Shown one piece after another: positions 51,990 through 64,000 of a stretch of 64,000 nt of DNA (its first letter is position 1; every line of letters starts with the position of its first letter). The notes under the pieces are model-generated. The model had not been told where the DNA came from, made no database searches, and saw only the letters and a program-made list of their open reading frames with translations. The translations under genes and the position numbers were made by a program. The stretch is from Epiperipatus broadwayi (Eukaryota; Animalia; Onychophora): NCBI GenBank assembly GCA_028023455.1, contig JAQFVV010000009.1, positions 4,030,001 through 4,094,000 of the forward strand, read 5' to 3'.

Positions 51990-54163
51990 AATGGGATATT
52001 TGGACCTGATGACTTACAAATTCTTCAATATCTGGTCATATGTGTGAAATAGCTTCTTGCATTTCCTTTTCTATATTTGTCAGCCTTTCACATCTTTGTC
52101 TTAATATTTGTTAATGTTGAAAAACCAAGCTTGCATAAATTTGATGATGAAAATTGTAATAAAATTTGAATTGGTTTTCCAGAAATAGTTTTAAACTCAG
52201 TTTAAACAGAAATCCAAAATTTTTCAACTGTTGATAACATAATGAATTCTGACTCTTCTTGTAATAAAAACTTGATGTGATGACTGTAGAAAATGGATTT
52301 CGTATCCAATCATAATTTTTGATATTGAATGTGGAAAAGTATTTCACATTTTTTTGTTCTAATAATGCTAAAAATAGTGTTATAATAGGAATTATTTCAT
52401 TGATATTGTTATTTTGGACTGAAGGAAACATGTCTACTGTCCTTTTTTGAGTTATGCGCATTCTCCAAAGTGATATTTTTTTTTGAAATGCTGACAGTTT
52501 GTCAGTGGATGTTAGAATATTTTCATTTTTATCTTGCATATCAGTATTCAAGTTATTTAAATAATTGAAGATATCAGCTAAATATGCTATTTTAATATAC
52601 AAAATATTGTTTGTAAGAAAAGTTTTAAAAATATTGTTCCCTTCATTTTGAAAAAACATTGACAATTCATCCGAGTTCCAAAATTTGGTTCAGTACTTTA
52701 TCTTGTGATAATGACCTTATCTCAGTATGTAAAAGTTAAGATTCGTCCTGAGCTTCCATAGATGCACAAAGTTTTTAAATAGACATATTTGTAAGGGTCA
52801 TGATTTGATGTAAGTTTACCATATTTACAATTTGATCTAATACAAATTTTAATGTAGTAGGTAATGTTTACGAGACAAATGATTCTCAGTGTAAATAACA
52901 GTGGGTAAATATATTAGAATTTTTCTTTTTCATAAAAGCCATAAATCCTTTAACAAAATCAACCATTGAAGGAGCACCATCAGTACAGTTTCTTACATAG
53001 TGGTTACATGTTATGTCAAATTTATCTAAATATGATGAGTCAAAAATATCATGTCCTGTTGTGTGTTCAGTAAATTGTCTGCAGCATAAAAATTGATTCA
53101 CTATTTTGTTTTCATCAATAAAATGAATACATCCTAGTGCGTGAGTTGTACCGCTGGTATCATTGTATCATCCGTATGAAAAATTTTCATTTCTTTTTTT
53201 GCATCATCACCAAACATAATTTGAACTATTTCAGAACCTGCTGGTATAATCAGATGCTCTGCTACAGTGTGATTTTAAATTTTTAGCAATTATTTTGGAA
53301 AACTATATGATACAATTTGTACTTTATTAGATATTGTAATTATTTTTTTAAATTTTTTTCTTTGATTAATTTAATTATTCAAACAATCTTTGAATAATAA
53401 TTATTGTCTTTGGACTGAAGATTGGCATGTTTGGATGTAAAATGATGTTTTAATTTTGCTGGTATTATTGTACTATTACAAAGTTTTTCCCCACAAATGA
53501 CACAAAGGGAAATATGACATTCATTTTTGTCAATATAAGTGAGTATTGTCTACTGATTTTTTTTATTTTGTTCTCCCTATTGTATCATTATTGATATTGC
53601 TTGCACTTGCACTATCAGTGCCAGAATTTTTTTTTTTTCCTCATGTGTCACAGCATCGGCCGGGAAGCAAACCCGCTAACCCAGGATAACTACCTGCAAA
53701 GCAGCTGCTTTGACCTCTCAACCACCAATGCTTGACCAGAATCATATTTTTGTTTTAGAAATTTGTACATTTTGCATTTCTAATAATTATTTTTAATTCT
53801 TTGGAGAATAATTAGAGGTATTTTACTTTCTAGAAGACCAATTTGTCACAAATGAACATTTACCTACAATTACACACCCACTGACAATCTATCTAAAAAG
53901 TTGGACTTACTTGAAAAAAAAAAAAATAATAATAACAGTAATCTTTTTAACAAGAAACATGGTTGTTATGATTCAACTGTTTGCACACATTTCCATCCAC
54001 ATGCAAAAACGAAACAATGGCTTTTGCTTTATCGTTTTTGTTTCTTTTATTCATCTTAATAACCGTTTTAATTTTTTACTGATTTTCAAATTTTGGCAGA
54101 ACACTTTCTCTAAGTTCATGGAGCATCAGTGTTCCACAGAACACCAGTTAAAAATGTCTGATT
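51990..54163 (-). mobile_element. Decayed Buster-type (ZBED5/SCAND3-like) hAT transposon
   Basis: IAYLADIFNYLNNLN...DWIRNPF, CTDGAPSM...THCYLH and PDIEEFVSHQVQISH*. Buster-like 5' end cagacatttttaactggtgttctgtggaacac at about 54132-54163. Confidence 0.85.
53628..53735 (-). mobile_element. tRNA-Gly-like short SINE inserted in the Buster element
   Basis: gcattggtgg...gggtttgcttcccggccgatgc followed by gacacatga and poly(A). Candidate 7-bp TSD ccagaat (53621-53627, 53736-53742). Confidence 0.6.
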
Positions 54164-55499
54164 TAGAATATTAAAAACTAAATAATTTATAACAGTATTT
54201 TTTAACTACAGCTATGCAAAAAAATTACTTTTTTATGATCTAATATATTATCAAAATCTAGGCATTCTCAAATAAAACATTCTTTTATACGAAATAAATC
54301 TTTATTAGAATCTTCATATAGTAATATTCCACATTGCTAAAACAAAAAAAAAAATCTTTCTGCTGCAAAGATTTGATAAAACCTCTTTTACAAGATATTC
54401 ACTTTGAAATATTTAGAGGTGCTGTCAAATCAAATCAATATATCTGCCCAATGATATAACTGAATGCCAATTATTTGAAAAAATAAGTCATTAACATTTG
54501 CAATTTAAATCTATGATTAAGTGATATTTCAAAAAAGTTTTAATAGAAAAAACTAAAATGGTAATACAATTTATAACAATTTATTTACATAAAATAGAAT
54601 TCTCGATAATGTCAAATAAGAAAACCAGAAAGATTATTTAGCAGTAGCTTATTTTTTTCACAAGCTTGCAAACAAGCATTAATATAACTGTTGAATGAGA
54701 TCAATGACAAAGATTTCATTAAATATAAAACACATGCATATATAAAATAAAAAGATAAAATGCATTTTATACTTGTATAAAATTCAATTAATTTCCAATG
54801 TTGTTTACTTGCTTTTGGTAGACATATAACAAAAAGAAGTTATGTGAATAAATAATTTTTTGTTTTATAAATTTATTGGTATAATTTTAAAGAGACTTTG
54901 TTAAAGAGATTATTTATTAAAGAGATTATTTCATTTAATTCTACAAAATATACTCTGATACTTATACTACATAATTTTATACATAATATTATACATAATT
55001 TTCAGCTTTTATTATCAGTCTTATGCAGAGAAAATGATAATTGTATTTTAAAATCATTTTACATGTTTTTCTTTTTGTGTGTGAGCTTGGATATCATCAT
55101 TCTGCAAATATTTATCAGGTGTTCTAAAATTATTTTATATTAAATCTGTGAATTTGCATGGAATAATTATTAAGAATGAGGGGGAGGGGACTTTTATTAT
55201 TATTTTTTAAAAAGATACCATTGGCAACACTTGACTTGGTAAACAATATACTATCACTTCATTTTATTTTGCAAGTTTTAATCAGTTCTTTTTTTTATAT
55301 TTGATTTGTTCATGTGACTTAATCATAACCTGAAGAAGCTTCTACAAGATTTGAAAAATAAATAATTTTGAGCCAGTGTTACTATCAAAATGCTAGTCAC
55401 ATCTTTTAGCTAGATATTTAATATATATATAAACTGGACAGAATATTAGTATCAAGCTTCCCAAAAAGAATTTTACTATTATTATTGCTATTGTTATTA

Positions 55500-56200
55500 A
55501 TTATTATATATATTATATCACAAGTAACTCAAACTCACAAACTTGCAGCCCTCTCAGTATTTCTTTTTAGAAACTATTCATCATGCAAATATGAAGCTGA
55601 TATGAGAGATAATCTAATACATCATATAGATGATCTCGTCAAAATAAGACATAAAACAACAATTATCAATAAAAAAGTTAAACTATTTTTCTATAAAATA
55701 AATCATCAACAACAGAAAGCAAACAACCCAAGCATCCTTATTCCATATATCCACTCACTATCCAAACAAATTAATAAACTTTCCAATGAATTTGAAATTG
55801 CCTTTCATTCACTTCCCTCCACTAACAGATTAATAAATAATACTTAAGAAAAAATAAGACCTGAATTAACTCCTCATGTTGTATATAAAATTGCATGCCG
55901 CCACAATAATTGCCAAGCCTCATATTATGGTGAAACCAAGGCAAATATTGTAACTAGATTATCTCAGCACAAATATTTATATAATAGGACAAAAACAAAA
56001 GCACAGAGTAATTCGGTATTTGCAGAACATGAAAAAACTACTGGCCACATTTTTCAACCATTAGTAGCAAGTATTGTTTGTACAGAGAGAAATGATACAA
56101 AAAAAAAAAGATCAAAGAAGCTTGCTACATAGCAAGCAATCTTATAGCAATTAATCGAAGAGAAGCTTGCTTTTTCATTTCAAGAAAATGGAATTTGTGA
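55500..56200 (+). mobile_element. Penelope-like element 3' fragment (GIY-YIG endonuclease)
   Basis: HKLAALSVFLFR, LIPYIHSLSKQI, PHVVYKIACRHNNCQASYYGETK...RLSQHK...SVFAEHEKTTGHIF. Confidence 0.85.
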
Positions 56201-56455
56201 ATGACGAACGTAGGTTTAAATATGTTTGCATAGCATGTGCATAATATATTTTTTTCCATTAAACTTAAAGCTGTGAACATGGGATTATATATTTCCCCCA
56301 AGCACTCAGATGAATATTTTATTAAATTTTATTTTTAAGCTTCATTGTCTGTGTGTAAAGCACTTATAGAATTATATTTTAGTATTGAAGTAAAACTTTA
56401 TTTATTTATATATGAACATAATATTTATTATTGAACTATATTTATGAATATAACA

Positions 56456-56525
56456 CTAAAGCATAAGAAATTGTATTCATCATTGGCTATCTAAAGCATA
56501 AGAAATTGTATTCATCATTGGCTAT
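56456..56525. repeat. Perfect 35-bp tandem duplication
   Basis: ctaaagcataagaaattgtattcatcattggctat x2. Confidence 0.95.
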
Positions 56526-58419
56526 CTCATTAATATGTTTAAAATTATTTTGATAAATAATGTGTTTCATTACTTGATTTCCATGAATTTAGTAAATATT
56601 GTAGTATATCCAATAAAATAAAAAAGCTATTGAATTTATAAGAATATAAAAAATAATTATTAAATTCTATTTAATATTTAGAATTAGAAATTATAATTTT
56701 CATCAATGTATCTCCATGCCATGCCATATTGTTTAAATACAGATGAAATTTGGAAACTTTCATTTCTAAATAAGCTAAGAATTTTCTTTTAGATAGCCAG
56801 TTCAAACTTAGTCCAGCTCATCATTCAATTACTAATAATAGATATCTAACCATTCTCTACTAGAGGGCAAAACAAGAGGAAAAACTATAAATCCTAACCA
56901 AATAAATTTGACTAGTTTATTAAGTATTGTTTTTACCCTGAACAGAATAATTTATCTTCTAATTATATATTTTAAAAAATAATCTCATTTTCTCTCTCTA
57001 TATATATATAATGCTGTCATATTTTTAAAATTTGTAATAAATTTTATTAAAATAAAATTACCAAAATAACTTTTTTTAATATAATTCAAAAATTTAAAGC
57101 AATGTGTGTGTATATATATACATAATAAATAATAAAATGGACATGAAATTTGATATGATTATCCCTGGAGTTTCTACAAAAAAAAATATTTTAATGAGTG
57201 TCTATCTTTTTAAAAAATATAAAAAGCTGGTTCTGTGGTTATATTTTAAAAATATAAAAAAAATTCATACTGGTAAAAAAAAATACTTTTTTTATTATCA
57301 ATTTTATATTTAGCATGATTTTAATTATTGAATTGAATGCCATCAAATTTTACAAAATACAAAAACTGAATTCAGCTATTTAAATTCCTGATGAAACTAT
57401 ATACAGTATATAATAATAATGAGTTAATCAGTTCAAATAGAATAAAAATCAAATATTTAATTTATGTCATGTAAATCAATGTATTCTGAAAACATATTGA
57501 CCAAAAACTCTAGTATTATATATATTTTAATTTAGCCACTATCCTTAGTGGTTCTAGATTCTAATATCAGAAAGTCCATGAATAAGTAGAAGTGGTTGGC
57601 ACAGTATATTAATCATGTAATTTATATATTTCAATCAAAACTTGTGAATAATTCTCTTGCAAAATGACTATATAAATTAAATAGTAAGCCAAAAGACATA
57701 TGAGTTTCATTTAATATATAGTAAAATTTATAAAAAAGGTTTAGGTTTCTTTCTGCTTATAGTTTAGTTTAATTAAACAGTTCATTTTCGAGTTTTTATT
57801 GCTCATATCAATATATGTGTGTGCAAATATTATTTATACCTTTAGTTGAAATACTGAGTTATTAATTTGACACATACATAATTTAATAATTTCTATATAT
57901 TTATCAAGTTTCTAATACTCAGGATGCCTAAGGAAATTAAGTCAAAATGAAATATATAGTGTATCACAGGTGGTAATCACTAAGTTTTCCAGAAGCATTG
58001 ATTAATGTAACATAACTTATATATTTAAGGTTTATTCTATACACATTGGATTGACTGATTATCCATGTTTGCTAGATATTGATATCACAATTATACATTA
58101 AAGTTCTCTGCCTTGATGTATAATTTATATAATGCATTTTATCTCAGTGTGTTTGAATACATGGGATCACCATTTTTATATACTCACTAAGCTTCTGATG
58201 TTAAGGTTTAGAGTGCATAAATAGGCTGGTATAGATCAAAATATATTTCATATTAAACTTAGTGATTGGTTATACATAGTGGATCCTAATAAAAAAAGTG
58301 ACTGATGTGAAAGTGAATCACAAGGCATTATGTTTTGTTTTTATTACTGGTTATTCTAAATTGACTACTTGTAATACAGTACACTGACGAAAATGATTGT
58401 AAAACTGTTTAAAATAATT

Positions 58420-59500
58420 CTTGAAATTCTCCATCAGAATTATCTGCCATAATTTCATCACAAGCTTCTAAAAATCTTGAATTGAATGATCCACAAGGTC
58501 TTTTTATGGTAAATTTACATTTTCAAAATAGCCAAAAATTAGACGAGCTATGTCAGAAGAATGTCAGATGCTCAAACATAACAATCCCTTTTTTGACCAA
58601 AAGATTGCACATATTTTGGCACTGTGAGCCAGCACACTATTATGCAACAATAATCAAAAGAGTTGCTCATAAATTCAGATTACTTGTATAAGATTTCAGC
58701 CCATAATTAATTCAAAATACTCAATTAGTAATTAGCATTTGATCGCTGGACTGTATTTGTGGCAATGCTTTAGATTAAAAAAAAAAACAGTGAACAATTT
58801 TTTGATATGGCTCTTTTGCAATCACATTTTTTTTTGGTTTTCTTTCTTCTGAAGATCTCTAGTACTTAATTTGTGGATCATATTGGCTACACTATATCTC
58901 ACCATCCATTACAATGTTTGATAAGAATTCCACATCTGTAATTGCATTTCTTTGCATGGCTCTGCAATGCTCCACTTGGGCAGCTTTTTGGTTGACTGTC
59001 AAAAAGTAAGGCATAAAGTCCTCACATTTTCCTATTTTCAAATCTTCCATTAAAATACCATGAACACTGATTGTGGGAATAACAGTTAATTCCTCAATGA
59101 ATCTAGCAAACATATAGTGATCAGTTTGAAGAATTTCTGCAATTTTTTGCGCATTTTCTTCATTGTCAGTCATTTTTGATATATTTAGCTATGGATCTTT
59201 TTTAGTGTCATTGTGAACTATTGCAAACCATTGAAGATGTTGTTGAAACTCATGACTTTACTGCTATATTCAGGATGAATATTTTCATATGTTTTAAGAG
59301 CAATTTTGTTCAATTTAAAATACAAGTTCCATTGTAGGTTTCTACAATGATACAAAACACTTTGTCTATTTTCATGTTGTAGCTTGTGGCCCAGATATGT
59401 GCTTTACAATTTTTATATTAAATAATGAATCTATGTCACTGCATAATACATGTATTGATTCAGAGATTAAACTTCAGGCAGCGGAGAAACAGTAACTTTT
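58420..59500 (-). mobile_element. Decayed mariner transposase
   Basis: ORF 58892-59173 (EDLKIGKCEDFMPYFLTVNQK...FLSNIVMDGEI, compared with mariner VPHxLT...IVTGDETW). Same family as 27060-28120. Confidence 0.82.
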
Positions 59501-60625
59501 TCAAAGTCTGCATAATTGGCATTCCATATGTAAGTGGAAATTATAAGATTATATGAAGTTAGAATAAAAAATGAAACAATTTATCTGACAAGGAGAATGG
59601 GATTTATTAGAACATTTTGGAGATTATTAATGATATGACATGTAAAGTAACAAACTTGGTTATTCAATTTCTAATCAAATGTAGATAAATCAATTTATGT
59701 ACCAACATTCTTATGAAGAATTATCTTTCATATAAAGAACATTTTTCAGAAAAAACAATATTTATAACTCATCCTGGGAAATGTTAATGCTAGAATAGTA
59801 TAAAAGTGGAGTGTGTAAATTTGGGCCAAAAAAAAAAAAACTGAGTATTGATGCACCCTTTTTAATATACAACAATTAATTCATATTTTAATAGGAAATA
59901 TATTTTTATGACTTTATTGCACTTAATAGATTCAGCATAGAAAATGGTAGCTCACATAAACGTACAATATGCATTAATGCAAAATTTATTAAAAAAGACT
60001 GAAACAACAGTTACTATCTCTAATCTTTACTGCAATGTATTTTTACTACCACTTGCAATGTGCTACTCATATAGATATCACATATTTATAAAAGATGAAA
60101 ATCTTTATTATTCAATAGAAAAACTGCTGAAACAGACAAATCTAATATATGGTCCCAGTTTAGAGATGCTGTTAAATTCAAACTTAATTTGCAGAAGCAC
60201 AGTACATATGCACAATCTAATCTATTGGCACCATGTCCATCTCCATCAAAGAAATAAACTGCTGTCAATGTCAAAAAAAAATAGTGTGACAAAAGATTAT
60301 CTTGATTAAAGAGAAAAATTTGATTCATCAAGTCATTTATTAGGTTATTATTATTATTATATCTAAAAAATATAGATAAATATATCTTATATCAAAAATC
60401 TTTAATTATATTAGTAATACATATTCTGTCATGTTTTAGTTACAAAGGATATGGTAGGGATATGGTTTGAAATTTACAAGCATATATATATACTTACATT
60501 TATGTGATATTAAATTATAATACAACTATGCGAGAAATTAATATATGAATCAGTAAATATTAAGACTTAAATATTTTTTAATACAAACTTATACCTCAGT
60601 AATACTCTAAGTTGGGAAATATAAT

Positions 60626-60760
60626 CAGGGGTGGCCAAACTTTTAAATGCTGGGGACAAATTTTTTGGTGAAAGTGTACATGAGGGAGACTATGTTTTTT
60701 TTCAGAGCTATGAACTGAAAGTCAGAAAATAAATGTTATTTTTGCAGGAACGGAAAAAAA
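60626..60760 (+). mobile_element. hAT (Buster/Charlie-like) left end only
   Basis: caggggtggccaaacttttaaatgctgggg is a typical hAT terminus. No right TIR found. Confidence 0.45.
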
Positions 60761-63700
60761 AAAAACGGTTCAAAGTCCTGTTTTTTTTTAGAATGTACTT
60801 ATGAATTGGTGGGTTTTTTTTATAATGGTTTTTCAAATACAAATATTGGTATGTTTTTATAAGATACTTACAAAGTGATGAATTATTTTCTTGGATATAT
60901 GAATTGTCGGAAGACATTTACTAACTTTAAAGTGATCATTACAAATAAGAAACATAATTTCTACATTTTGTGTCATCTCTCGGCCATTATTAGTCACATT
61001 TTCGCTATTTTATCGTAAATTTGTAGCTTTATTGGTATTTAAAATTTTAATTCCAAACAAATCCGCTATTGGCAGTATTTTTTCGCAAAAAAATCGATTT
61101 CTGATTGCGGTCAATTGTATATAGACCCACTTCTTTTCCCTTATAAGGTGCCACAAAGCACTGACTGTCAACTTCAGCTATTGTTCTCCAGGCATTTCTA
61201 ACTGTCAAAATCAGAAATCAAACCAAATTTTTTTATGCTTTCATAATAGATTTTGAATGTAAATAAATATATATCTCATAATTTTTTATATTCATAATTA
61301 AGTTTTTACATTAGTTTATCTAAATATAAACTTTGATTAAAAAATTTTTAAATTTTCAAGAAAAATAATCAAAAGAAAATATAGCATTTGACCGCTATTC
61401 AAATCAAGTGAATAACATTGACCGCTATTTGCATATCAATGATATTCGGAGATAATTAGAAAACGCAACTATTTTTTATAAATATTTATAGATTTTATGA
61501 TTACTTTTTATACTATATTAACTAATAATGTGGCTAGATTTAGATTTTTATTTAAAATATTTAATTTTAGACTAAGAAAAAACAACAGAAGTGAATAATC
61601 AGCGATCGCAATTTCTAAGACCCAAGAAATCATTGGCGTTTTCACATTATGATTAGTTGAAATATAATTCCTTTGTTTTACTGCAGACTATTTTTCATAC
61701 ATTTTTCTTATATTTTTCTTAAGTTATTAACATTATTTTAAATTTTTAAAAGCTAAATTAAAACAATTCTGATTATTATACATTAATATATTTCAGAAAG
61801 GAAACAGACTAGATGTATATTTAACGAATCAAATCACCAAAATTTTTACTCAATTTGGCCAATAAGAAAATTCATCAGACAAAAGGTTAAATTACCTCAG
61901 CTCCCTCTAGTATTATAATTTGTTGATGTCGCTTTATAAAATATTTATTAAATTACAATTGTAAATTGCCTATAAATAATTATTTTCTAGAGGTGGTCCT
62001 GAATTTTAAAAAAAATTCAAGAAAAAAAAAAATATTGTTTTAGAATTGTATTAAAATAAATTAGATGCAAATTTTACAAAAAAAATTACGTGGTTGACTT
62101 CCAGACACTTTGCGGTAAACAGTAAAATAATTTCTTTTGCCAATTTCAACCTATATTTTAAAAATTAAATAATTTTATTAAGTAATTAGAATTTTGAACA
62201 ATCCAAGATTAAAATTTAGGTACAATTTTAAAAAAATGTACAGGAATGTACATGTGTATACAAGTTAAATATTTGAATCTTTAGTGTTCTCAATAATGTT
62301 TTTAATGTATGAATTGATTGAATAGTGCCACATATATTGGAGTATAAATTAAATATGTTTTTTCAAATAGAAATTTCATTAAGATCAAATCATATTTTAC
62401 AAGTGGGAAATTTTAAGAAATAATTCCTTAGTTATGCATCCTATCACTACTGTATGGTAGAATTTTGCTTCTGTGTTATGCTTCCTAAGATGATAAAATC
62501 ATCTTTTATTTGGTGTTAAAAAATTCACTTCTGATTTATGTAAAATATTGCTATTATAATTAAATATTACAAGAATCACTTAAATATTTATGTATTATTT
62601 TATACACAAGTTTTAGTTTATTAAGTTATTATTTTCTTTTAGTGAGTTTTAATTTTATATTATTCATAGTTTTACTTGTGCATGATGAATGTGATTATTT
62701 AGGAGTATCATTGAAGGAACAAATAGATATTTTGTTGTATTGTCGCTATTGTCAAACAGTCACCAATAAGACATGAGTATTCTATTTTTAATCAAATGAT
62801 TTTTAAAATGCTAGAAAAGCATTAGGTCATAATTGTACCTAACTAAGATTTACATGCACTTTCAAGATTTATTTCGTTGTTAGAACTCTATAGGAGCTGA
62901 AAAAACACTATGCATGAGCCAAAATTCTATAAAACTCTAGATAGCATTGTTATATCATGAATGCAGTTAACAAAGACTTGTTCAGAGCTATATTTCTCAG
63001 TATTTGAATACACAGTGAAGCTTTGTGGCAGCTAATAGAACACTGCATATGTGCACGTTGAATAATTTGTGAACCAGCATATATATTATGACTGTATTCA
63101 TGAAATGCCTCAATTAATAGAATAAAATCCAAATGATATTGGTTCATTATAAATGCATGTATGGTTAGGGCTATTTCAATTTGCATAATAATTCTCTTTG
63201 ATGATATTTAATATGAATAATATATCTCATAAAATCTCATTTATGATTAACAATGAAAATATTTATTCATTACTATACATCAATTATATCCTCATGATCC
63301 ACAAGAAAAGATATATATAAAAGGTGAGTAACTGATATCTCGTACAAATATACATAATACATGTGAATACAAAATATTTACAATTGAAGAATACTTATTA
63401 ATATTCAAATTCCGATTTTAATAAATTTATAAAAAAATATTTTAAAACATACCAAGTATATAAGATCCATTATCTGAATATAATGCAGTAAATAAACCAA
63501 TAATTTCATAATTGCATTATTAGTTAGTGACAAAATCAATTTAACCTCGTAATATGAAATATAATATGGCAAAGATGCAGTGAATCTCTATTATAAAACG
63601 AGATTATCAACACCAGATGAATACAAATTGGCAAAAAAAGCAAGCTATATTTATCCTGTCTTTATATTAATTCTGCTGTATTTGATTTTTATTTTATTTG

Positions 63701-63774
63701 TTTATTTTTAATTATAGTTTTGTTTTCCAGTTAAATTTTTAATTATTTTAGAAGCTTATAATTTTGTGTATAAG

Positions 63775-64000
63775 ATCTTTGGATCTAATGCAACTCTCCA
63801 GCAGCCACTTTTTACCTTTTTAATTAACTGTAAACTGCGAGTCCAAACTGAAAACACATTAAATGTTTTCAATCCAAGCTCCAAGTTCATTCACTTGTAT
63901 GATTTTACAGATCTGGACCCAGTTCAGTATCTATACATTTTAATGTCTTTGTTTCTTAATAATTGCAATCACTATTATCTTTTGGTCAGGATTAGTTTAA
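63775..64000 (-). mobile_element. Further family A fragment, cut by the window end
   Basis: gatctaatgcaactctccagcagccac...aatgttttcaatccaag...cccagttcagtatctatacatttt matches about 49255-49470. Confidence 0.75.

Noticed and set aside
55340-55375. ctgaagaagcttctacaagatttgaaaa upstream of the PLE fragment as a hammerhead
   Set aside because: The core start fits, but helices I-III cannot be formed.
60120-60260. Possible nested plus-strand terminal exon (KTAETDKSNIWSQFRDAVKF...PSPSKK*)
   Set aside because: No recognisable homology, weak acceptor and no partner exons.
62950-63186. 78-aa ORF as a chemoreceptor, or a mitochondrial-code frame on the opposite strand
   Set aside because: No diagnostic motif, no splice context, and no match to a mitochondrial gene I recognise.
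1992-63186. Most short ORFs in the supplied track as genes
   Set aside because: They are AT-rich chance frames or antisense frames of TE relics; only those cited above carry recognisable motifs.

Overview
Very AT-rich eukaryotic (probably arthropod) genomic DNA. Three minus-strand coding exons of an ECT2/pebble RhoGEF gene are recognisable: 42429-42558, 42184-42332 and 18041-18274. They are joined by a 96-bp intron that needs a GC donor and a 23.9-kb intron. The rest is mostly intronic DNA filled with decayed mobile elements: mariner, Buster-type hAT, RTE and CR1/L2 LINEs, Ty3/gypsy, tRNA-derived SINEs and Penelope-like elements (PLEs). The main finding is two non-coding tandem-repeat families (family A, unit about 450 or 280 bp; family B, unit about 400 bp). 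Each carries a minimal type I hammerhead ribozyme motif with a palindromic helix III, as in retrozymes and PLE pseudo-LTRs. At 48961-51234 both families form head-to-head palindromes whose inversion points lie at the ribozyme. The family A palindrome is nested inside family B with a single 12-bp target-site duplication. Two coding PLE relics (4.6-9.1 kb, 43.2-44.4 kb) and a second family A locus (37-40.8 kb) show the same head-to-head layout. All calls were made by eye, without alignment, folding or database searches; boundaries of decayed elements are approximate.
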